A stretch of DNA of 64,000 nt from contig CAMYWO010000001.1 of the NCBI GenBank assembly GCA_947302815.1, positions 42,637-106,636 of the forward strand, given 5' to 3'. Each line of letters begins with the position of its first letter. The stretch's first letter is position 1. The notes under the pieces were generated by a model. The model did not search any database. It had not been told where the DNA came from and was given only the letters and a program-made list of their open reading frames with translations. Both the position numbers and the translations under genes were made by a program. Below are positions 27,930 to 35,659 of this stretch, one piece after another. This stretch comes from an uncultured Clostridia bacterium (GTDB lineage Bacteria > Bacillota > Clostridia > Saccharofermentanales > Saccharofermentanaceae).

Positions 27930-30599
27930 ATGAGAAGATTCCGTGTCAAGTTGACGATAATGATCGTACTGGTCGTTCTGGTCAGTACGGGACTGCTCTC
28001 GATCATCAGTTATCGGAGAGCCAAGCAGAGCGTTTTTACACAGTCGGAAGAGAAGTACCGCGTAGCCGCAGATAAATATGCACAGGAACTGACCACCTGG
28101 CTGAACTCAAATGCCACGATCGTCGATACACTTGCTGCGAACATCGAGTACAGCAGGTTCTTCGACCAGGACGGGGCATTTTTTCATGATTACCTGAAGT
28201 CGGTATACGACAGCCTGAATACGAAGGGCTACATCTACGATATCTATTTCACCTTCCCGGACAATACGATGGCTTGTGCATCGGATTTCGTGGCTGACGG
28301 CACAGTCGACTTCTCACACGAACGTGACTGGTACAGGGTCGCGGCGGAGACGAATGAGATCTATTATTCTGCACCGTATATGGATTCGGATACGAAGAAG
28401 CCGATCATCACGATCTCGAAGGCTGTCCGTGCGGACAGTGAGCTGAAGGGCATTATTGCCGCGGATATCTTCGTGGATGTACTGGTCGACATTATCAACG
28501 AAGCGGATGTGGCCGAAAACAGTTATGCATTCCTTGTTGACCAGAATATGAGTGTGATCGTGCATCCGAATGAAGCGTATTCTTTCACGGAAGATCCGAT
28601 CGGCATGATGCAGGTGCCCGGCTCTCCGTACGCGGAAGTTGTCGCGAATATCCGCGCGGATTCCGATGAGACAGTCTACGTAGAGGACTACGATGGAGTT
28701 ACCCGCGGGATCGTTGTCTCCAGAATGGAGAACAGCGGATGGCATGTCGGTATCGCCACCAGCAAAACTGAGATGAAGAAAGGCCTCGGCGGTCTTGTCA
28801 GAAGCTACCTGATCGCCGCCAGTATCGCCGCTCTTATCGGCGGAACGATCGCGGTCATCCTTGCATATGTGATGGACAAGAACAGCAAGCAGCAGCAGGA
28901 GTATGCGGAGAAGGTACTGCGTCTTGAGAAGCAGGCGGCCGATGAAGCAAGTAAAGCGAAGAGCCGTTTCCTCGCTGATATGTCCCATGAGATCAGAACC
29001 CCGATCAACGCGATCCTCGGCATGAATGAGATGATCATCCGTGAGACGGATAATCGGGAGATCATGGGTTATTCCAGAAATATCCGCCAGTCCGGACAGA
29101 ATCTTCTGGCTCTGGTCAACAGTATCCTCGACTTCAGTAAGATCGAGAATGGTAAGATGGAGATCGTTTCTGCGCCGTACAACGTGAAGTCGCAGATCTC
29201 CTACGTGATGAACTCGATCTCGGAGAGAGCCCGCGCGAAGGATCTCGAACTCGTACTCGATGTCGATCCTTCGATCCCCACGGAGCTTTACGGCGATAAC
29301 ACCCGTATCAACGAGGTCATCATGAACCTGCTGACGAATGCCGTAAAGTACACGGAACAGGGCACGGTTACGCTGACGATTAAGGGTAAGGAACGTAAGG
29401 AAGATCCGGAGAAGCAGATCCTCCTTTACGTCGAAGTCAAGGACACCGGCATCGGCATCAAGGAAGAAGACATGAAGCGTCTCTTCGAATCCTTTGAGAG
29501 ACTGGACGTGCAGAGAAACAGGAATATCGAGGGCACAGGTCTCGGTATGTCGGTATGTACGAAGCTCCTCGGCCTGATGAACAGTGAACTGAAGGTCAAG
29601 AGCAAGTACGGCGAGGGTTCCGTGTTCTGGTTCGAGCTGTGGCAGAAGGTCGAAAACGATGAACCGATCGGCGAATTTGAAGTCACGAATGCCGAGGCGG
29701 AGAGCGACGAAATATACAGAGAAGCTTTCCATGCACCGACGGCGCTCATCCTGATCGTCGACGATACCAAGATGAATATCGCCGTAGCGGCCAGCCTCCT
29801 GAAGAAGACGGGTATCCGTATTCACACGGCGCTCAGCGGAGAAGAGGCGATCCGTCTGTCCGATGAGAATAAGTACGACATGATCCTGATGGACCAGAGA
29901 ATGCCCGGCATGGATGGTACCGAAGCGATGAACGAGATCCGCGGTCTTGGCAATAAGCTCAATGAGAAGACCCCGATTATCTGCCTGACAGCGGACGTTA
30001 TCCGCGGCGCCAGAGAAAGATATATCGCGCAGGGCTTCGACGATTATCTGACCAAGCCGATCGACGGACGTGAGCTGGAGAAGATGCTGCTTACGTATCT
30101 GCCGGAGGAGAAGATCGAGATCGTTGAGGAGTCTTCTGAAGAAAACCGTACCGCGCAGGATGAAAGTACGGAAGTGCTTTTCGAGGCGCTGGCTAAAGCC
30201 GGGGTGGATGTGAAGACGGGGCTTTATTTCTGTCAGAATGACAGGGATATGTATACGTCGATCCTGACCGAATACTGCTCTGAGCAGAAGACCAAGCTCC
30301 CGAACATTCAGACCTGCTATGAGGTACATGACTGGAAGAACTATGAGATCTATATCCACTCACTGAAAAGCACCAGTAAGACGATCGGCGCGAAGAAGCT
30401 CTTCGAGCTGGCGGCGGATCTGGAGGCGGCTGCCGGACGCGGGGATGAGCTCGCGATCACGGACGGACACGGTAAGGCGATGGATCTGTATACGAAGACT
30501 GTCCGGGCGATCGAGGAAAACCTGGAGATAAAACAGAATGATATTGACGAGGAGGATGAGATTTTCGAATTCCTCCCGGAGGAGAATAACGAGGACTAG
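27930..30599 (+). CDS. Hybrid sensor histidine kinase: TM - Cache-like sensor - TM - HisKA - HATPase - REC - HPt
   Basis: H-box FLADMSHEIRTPINAILGM; N/G boxes NLLTNAVKYT, DTGIGI, GTGLGMS; receiver DMILMDQRMPGMDG; HPt HSLKSTSKTIGA. The periplasmic segment of about 280 aa has YYSAPYMDSDTKKPIITISKAV. The start at MRRFRVKL is uncertain. Confidence 0.9.
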   Translation: MRRFRVKLTIMIVLVVLVSTGLLSIISYRRAKQSVFTQSEEKYRVAADKYAQELTTWLNSNATIVDTLAANIEYSRFFDQDGAFFHDYLKSVYDSLNTKGYIYDIYFTFPDNTMACASDFVADGTVDFSHERDWYRVAAETNEIYYSAPYMDSDTKKPIITISKAVRADSELKGIIAADIFVDVLVDIINEADVAENSYAFLVDQNMSVIVHPNEAYSFTEDPIGMMQVPGSPYAEVVANIRADSDETVYVEDYDGVTRGIVVSRMENSGWHVGIATSKTEMKKGLGGLVRSYLIAASIAALIGGTIAVILAYVMDKNSKQQQEYAEKVLRLEKQAADEASKAKSRFLADMSHEIRTPINAILGMNEMIIRETDNREIMGYSRNIRQSGQNLLALVNSILDFSKIENGKMEIVSAPYNVKSQISYVMNSISERARAKDLELVLDVDPSIPTELYGDNTRINEVIMNLLTNAVKYTEQGTVTLTIKGKERKEDPEKQILLYVEVKDTGIGIKEEDMKRLFESFERLDVQRNRNIEGTGLGMSVCTKLLGLMNSELKVKSKYGEGSVFWFELWQKVENDEPIGEFEVTNAEAESDEIYREAFHAPTALILIVDDTKMNIAVAASLLKKTGIRIHTALSGEEAIRLSDENKYDMILMDQRMPGMDGTEAMNEIRGLGNKLNEKTPIICLTADVIRGARERYIAQGFDDYLTKPIDGRELEKMLLTYLPEEKIEIVEESSEENRTAQDESTEVLFEALAKAGVDVKTGLYFCQNDRDMYTSILTEYCSEQKTKLPNIQTCYEVHDWKNYEIYIHSLKSTSKTIGAKKLFELAADLEAAAGRGDELAITDGHGKAMDLYTKTVRAIEENLEIKQNDIDEEDEIFEFLPEENNED

Positions 30600-30609
30600 G
30601 AGGGTTCCA

Positions 30610-32991
30610 ATGGCGAAGTGGGTTATGGTCGTGGATGACGATACCGCGAACCTGAAAATGGCTGGACACATCTTAAGCAGGAACAACATGCGCGTGACGG
30701 CGCTCAAGTCGGGGCACGCGTTACTTGAATATTTACCCGAGAAAGGATTTCCGGATCTGATCCTTCTGGACATCAAGATGCCCGGGATCGACGGATTTGA
30801 GACGCTGAAGCTTCTCCGTGAATACGAGAAGTCCGTCAACGCCGAGGCGACACCTGTCATCTTCCTGACGGCCGATGAGGATACGAACACCGAGACGCGC
30901 GGATTTGAGATGGGCGTATCGGACTTCGTAAGAAAGCCATTTAATCCGGATGTTCTGATGCGAAGGATCGACAACGTCATGTCGAGCCGCTCCGAGATGC
31001 AGAACTTAAAGAGTGAAGCGTCGATCGACAAGCTTACCGGACTTCTGAATAAGGGCGCGACCGAGGCCATGATGACCAAGGTCTGCGCGAACACGACCGG
31101 ATGTCTGATGATGATCGATCTCGACTCCTTTAAGCCCGTCAACGATATTTACGGCCACGATATGGGCGATAAGGTGCTCCTGGGCTTTGCAAAGATCATT
31201 CAGAACGCCGTGCCGGAGGGAAGCACCTGCGGACGACTGGGCGGTGACGAGTTCATCGCATTTGCCAAGGGTGTGCTGAACGAGACGACGGTCGCGTCGA
31301 TCACGAGCCGCCTGAATGACGAAGTCGTCGCCATGGCCAAAGACCTGATGGGAGAGGATATGGATATTCCGCTCGGCGCATCGATCGGCGCGATCTATGT
31401 GCCCCGTCACGGAAACGATTTCAATACGCTCTTTAAGCTCGCCGACAAGGCGCTCTATACGGTAAAGAAGAACGGCAAACACGGTTACAGCCTCTATTCG
31501 GCCGAGTCCTTCGACGATGACGAAGGAGGAGATGCACTTCCGGATATCTCGGCGATCTCCGGTATCCTCGGAGAGAGAACGATCCCCGATGTGGCACTGC
31601 AGCTTGATAAGGATTCTTTCTCGCCTGTGTACCGTTACATCATCCGCTACATCATCCGTAACAGGATCAGCGCGTGCAAAGTGCTTTTTACGCTGGGAAA
31701 AGCGGAAGATGTTTCCTCTGAAGAATACATGGAACTCCTCGATGAGTTCGGAAACCACATCCGCGAGTCGCTCCGTAAGTCAGACATCCTGATGAGAAAC
31801 CGCAAGAACCAGTACTTCGTTTTCCTGACGGATATCCGCGAGGACAGTACGGGCAAGGTCATTAACCATATCGTCGAAAGATGGGAACGCCATATGGGAA
31901 GAAGGCTCGTCGTCACCTACGAGAGCGAATTCCTCGGCAACGAATATGAAACGAAGTTCAATAAGAAGAAAGACAGAAACGTCATTATCGTTGATGACGA
32001 TGCCATGAACCTGCAGGTCGCGGGCAAGATCTTAAGCTCCGGCGGTATCCGCGTGACGGCGCTGAAGTCCGGAAAAGCACTGCTGGCTTACATTCAGGAT
32101 GGCGGCGGATGTCCGGATCTTATCCTTCTCGATGTTAAGATGCCGGATATGGACGGATATGAGACGTTGCAGAAGCTCCGCGCGATCAGTGCGGATGCGG
32201 CGAAGATCCCGGTCATGTTCCTGACCGCGGACGAGAGCCAGGGCGCAGAGAGTAAAGGCCTTGCACTCGGTGCGATGGACTTTATCCGCAAGCCTTTCGT
32301 TCCGGAAGTTCTGCTTCTGCGTGTGCGGCACATGATCGAACTGGTTACACTCCAGAACCAGCTCAACTTCGAAGTTCAGAAGAAGACACAGGAGAACCGG
32401 CTTCTCCTCGTGCACGTTGTCGAGTCACTTGCGGCGGCGATCGATACCAAGGACATCTATACGAGAGGTCACTCGGGACGTGTCGCGGAGTATGCCAAGA
32501 AGATCGCGGCGCGTGCAGGATATTCCGAATTCCGTCAGGATGAGGTCTACATGATGGGACTTCTTCACGATGTCGGCAAGATCGGAATTCCGAATGAGAT
32601 CATCAACAAGCCGTCAGCACTGACGGACGACGAGTTTGCCAAGATCAAAGAGCATCCGGGGATGGGTGCGAAGATCCTCTCGAATATTAAAGAGGATCCG
32701 GAACTGACGGTCGCGGCTCGTTACCATCACGAGAGATTCGACGGAAGAGGATATCCGGACGGGCTCTCGGGGTTCGATATTCCGGAAGCGGCGAGGATCA
32801 TCGCCGTTGCAGATGCCTATGATGCTATGTCGAGTAACCGAAGCTACAGGGAAAAACTGACGGACGAGAAGATCATGGCGGAACTGAACAACGGAAAAGG
32901 TTCCCAGTTCGATCCGAAGTTCGCGGATATCATGATTGAGATCATGAAAGAGAAGCTCGAACAAGAATCTAAGGAGAATGCAAATGACTAA
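30610..32991 (+). CDS. Dual-receiver c-di-GMP turnover protein: REC - GGDEF - degenerate GGDEF-like - REC - HD-GYP
   Basis: Start MAKWVMVVDDD (RBS AGGAGGG). REC1 DLILLDIKMPGIDG. Intact GGDEF at 31240-31254 (RLGGDEFIAF). REC2 DLILLDVKMPDMDG. HD-GYP motifs LLHDVGKIGIP and HHERFDGRGYPDG. Confidence 0.9.
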   Translation: MAKWVMVVDDDTANLKMAGHILSRNNMRVTALKSGHALLEYLPEKGFPDLILLDIKMPGIDGFETLKLLREYEKSVNAEATPVIFLTADEDTNTETRGFEMGVSDFVRKPFNPDVLMRRIDNVMSSRSEMQNLKSEASIDKLTGLLNKGATEAMMTKVCANTTGCLMMIDLDSFKPVNDIYGHDMGDKVLLGFAKIIQNAVPEGSTCGRLGGDEFIAFAKGVLNETTVASITSRLNDEVVAMAKDLMGEDMDIPLGASIGAIYVPRHGNDFNTLFKLADKALYTVKKNGKHGYSLYSAESFDDDEGGDALPDISAISGILGERTIPDVALQLDKDSFSPVYRYIIRYIIRNRISACKVLFTLGKAEDVSSEEYMELLDEFGNHIRESLRKSDILMRNRKNQYFVFLTDIREDSTGKVINHIVERWERHMGRRLVVTYESEFLGNEYETKFNKKKDRNVIIVDDDAMNLQVAGKILSSGGIRVTALKSGKALLAYIQDGGGCPDLILLDVKMPDMDGYETLQKLRAISADAAKIPVMFLTADESQGAESKGLALGAMDFIRKPFVPEVLLLRVRHMIELVTLQNQLNFEVQKKTQENRLLLVHVVESLAAAIDTKDIYTRGHSGRVAEYAKKIAARAGYSEFRQDEVYMMGLLHDVGKIGIPNEIINKPSALTDDEFAKIKEHPGMGAKILSNIKEDPELTVAARYHHERFDGRGYPDGLSGFDIPEAARIIAVADAYDAMSSNRSYREKLTDEKIMAELNNGKGSQFDPKFADIMIEIMKEKLEQESKENAND

Positions 32992-35659
32992 TCCGAAACA
33001 GGCCTCCGAACAGAGCGAACTATTCCATTCATCCCACCTGATGGTGCTGATCACATTTACGGTATGTACGGCACTGCTCATCGGAGAATCGATCCTGATG
33101 GGCTGGGAACTGTTTATCCTTCCACCGATCTGTGTCGCCGTGATCATCTGCTGGGTCGTTCACTTCAGACAGGACGCATCTCCCGTATTCCGCCTGCGGA
33201 TATACGGTATCCTGATGATGTGTACGGCCTTTTTCTATGGTATCCACCGCACATCGACCTTTGATCTTGCCATCGTCATGGCCATGCTGATCATCCTTTT
33301 CACGACGACCGGCATGAAGGGCCTGATTACGATGTGCCAGATCACATACTATGCGACCATGGCTTATAACCTGTCCGTCATGGCTTATGAGGGAGAGACC
33401 TTTGACTCCCTGACAGTGACAAGGATCATTCTTCATCTGGCACTTATATTCGTAGTCGGATGGTTTGCAAAACTGATCATCGACAGATGGACACAGGTGA
33501 TCACGAATTCGCAGGATGAGATCGTTCAGCTGACCGAAGCGACAGAGCGTCTCAATGATTTTCTCGCAAATGTTTCCCATGAGATCAGAACTCCTGTTAA
33601 TGCCGTTATCGGACTGACCAGCATCTGTATCGAGAAGTCCCAGAACCGTGAGATCTACGGCGATCTGGTCGCCGTACGCGAGGCCGGCCGCAGGGTGGCG
33701 GATCAGATCAGTGATATTCTCGACTACTCCGAACTCGACCGAAAGAAAGCCGTCAGCAATAACGAAGACTATATGCTCAGTTCTGTCCTCCACGATCTCG
33801 TAACCGAGCTTCGTGTGATCAAGTCCAAAGAAGTAGAGCTGATCATTGATGTAGACCCGGCGATCCCGGCGGTCATGAATACGGATGTCTCGAAACTGAA
33901 GAAGATCCTCCGTGCGCTGATCGGCAACGGACTGAAGTATACGAAAAAGGGCGGCGTCTATGTACGTATCGTCAGTGAGAAACAGAGCTACGGCGTCAAC
34001 CTCTGTATCGAGGTCACGGATACCGGTATCGGTATGTCGGACTATGAACTCGAGAAGGTCTACGACAGTTTCTATCAGGCGGATTCCGGCCGTGCGAGAA
34101 TGGGCGGCGGATTAGGCCTCGGCCTTGCGATCGTATCCGGATTTGTCTCGCTCCTCGGCGGCTTTATGACCATCACGAGCAAGCAGGATCACGGTACGAC
34201 CGTTCATGTCAGCCTGCCGCAGAAGGTGATCGATCCGACGAGCTGCATGTCTGTTGCACATCCTGACGAACTGATCCTCGGTGCGTATCTCCACTTCGAA
34301 AAATACTCCGACCCGCAGGTGCGTGATTACTATAACTCCATGGTACTCAACATCGTTAAGGGCCTGGGTGTCCAGATGCACCGTGTAAATAATCCGGAGG
34401 ATCTCAAGCTCCTGCACAGCACGATCCACATGACACACCTTTTCGTTGCGGAAGAAGAGTATGCTTCCAATATTGATATGATCGAAGAATATGCCAAGGA
34501 CATGATCGTCGTTGTAGTAGCAAACGGGGACTTCAAGCTTTCCGCAGGCTCCCGCGCGAGAGTCATGGAAAAGCCGTTCTACTGTTTCCCGGTCGTATCC
34601 GTTCTCAACTCGAGTATCCATGATAAACAGACCGCCGGATTTAAGATGTACTGCAAGGGCGTCAAGGCACTGGTCGTCGACGATGAACCGATGAACCTGG
34701 TCGTTGGCAAGAGCATCTTTAAGAGCTACGGCATGGAAGTTACCACAGTGCTTTCCGGACAGGAATCGATCGATATCTGCAGAGAACAGGTCTTCGACAT
34801 TATCTTCATGGACCACATGATGGGCGGCATGGACGGTGTCGAGGCGATGAAGAGGATCCGCGCGGATGTCGCGGGAAAGAACGGCGAGGTACCGATCGTT
34901 GCGCTTACGGCCAACGCGATGAGTTCTGCCAAGCAGATGTTCCTGTCTGAGGGCTTTGACGGATTCGTCAGTAAGCCGATCGAGACGGATGAACTCGAGC
35001 GCGTCATGCGTCAGGTGCTTCCGAAGGCACTTGTTACCTACGAAGAGATCGAGAAGATCGCGGCTACAGAAACGGATTATGAGGAGATGCGCAGAGAACC
35101 TTCCCCGAAGGTCAGTGCACTTTCTCTCCGTGAACAGCTCAAGCCGTATTCGGTCGACACCGATGCCGGCATGAAGTACTGCATGGGTGACTTTGATTTC
35201 TATAAGTCGCTGCTGGTCCAGTTCGCGACCGAGTCTGAGCAGAAGATTCCCCTGATCGGAAGATACTATGAGTCTTCCGACTGGAAGAATTATGAGATCC
35301 TCGTGCATGCTCTGAAGAGTACGTCGAAGATGATCGGTGCCGGCAATCTTTCCGAGTCGGCAAAAGAACTCGAGATGGCGGCGAAGGAGAAGAAGGAAGA
35401 ATTCATCGCCGAGAACCACTACCCGCTGATGGGTGAGTACAGCCATCTGGCGAAAGGACTTTCTGCGATCCTTTCTGATGAGATCGAGGCGGCCCGAAAG
35501 GAAAAGAATAAGACGGAGGACGAAACGGAAGTATCTTCTGAGCCGGAAGAGGAAGTCTTCGAGTTCTCCGCAGGTGAAGACTCGCCGGAAAATAAGGAGA
35601 ATGATGAGGAGATCCTCGAGTTCATTCCCGAAGATGAGGAAGGAGGGGTAGAAAAATGA
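32984..35659 (+). CDS. Hybrid sensor histidine kinase: multi-TM - HisKA - HATPase - pseudo-receiver-like spacer - REC - HPt
   Basis: Start at the second ATG (AAGGAG 7 nt upstream); overlaps the upstream stop. FLANVSHEIRTPVNAVIGL; DTGIGMS; GGGLGLGLAI; DIIFMDHMMGGMDG; HALKSTSKMIGA. Acidic C-terminal tail. Confidence 0.88.
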   Translation: MTNPKQASEQSELFHSSHLMVLITFTVCTALLIGESILMGWELFILPPICVAVIICWVVHFRQDASPVFRLRIYGILMMCTAFFYGIHRTSTFDLAIVMAMLIILFTTTGMKGLITMCQITYYATMAYNLSVMAYEGETFDSLTVTRIILHLALIFVVGWFAKLIIDRWTQVITNSQDEIVQLTEATERLNDFLANVSHEIRTPVNAVIGLTSICIEKSQNREIYGDLVAVREAGRRVADQISDILDYSELDRKKAVSNNEDYMLSSVLHDLVTELRVIKSKEVELIIDVDPAIPAVMNTDVSKLKKILRALIGNGLKYTKKGGVYVRIVSEKQSYGVNLCIEVTDTGIGMSDYELEKVYDSFYQADSGRARMGGGLGLGLAIVSGFVSLLGGFMTITSKQDHGTTVHVSLPQKVIDPTSCMSVAHPDELILGAYLHFEKYSDPQVRDYYNSMVLNIVKGLGVQMHRVNNPEDLKLLHSTIHMTHLFVAEEEYASNIDMIEEYAKDMIVVVVANGDFKLSAGSRARVMEKPFYCFPVVSVLNSSIHDKQTAGFKMYCKGVKALVVDDEPMNLVVGKSIFKSYGMEVTTVLSGQESIDICREQVFDIIFMDHMMGGMDGVEAMKRIRADVAGKNGEVPIVALTANAMSSAKQMFLSEGFDGFVSKPIETDELERVMRQVLPKALVTYEEIEKIAATETDYEEMRREPSPKVSALSLREQLKPYSVDTDAGMKYCMGDFDFYKSLLVQFATESEQKIPLIGRYYESSDWKNYEILVHALKSTSKMIGAGNLSESAKELEMAAKEKKEEFIAENHYPLMGEYSHLAKGLSAILSDEIEAARKEKNKTEDETEVSSEPEEEVFEFSAGEDSPENKENDEEILEFIPEDEEGGVEK

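Noticed and set aside
28314-30359. 681-aa antisense ORF across the first hybrid kinase
   Set aside because: Same reasoning: the + strand frame carries complete H, N, G, receiver and HPt motifs, while the antisense product has no features.
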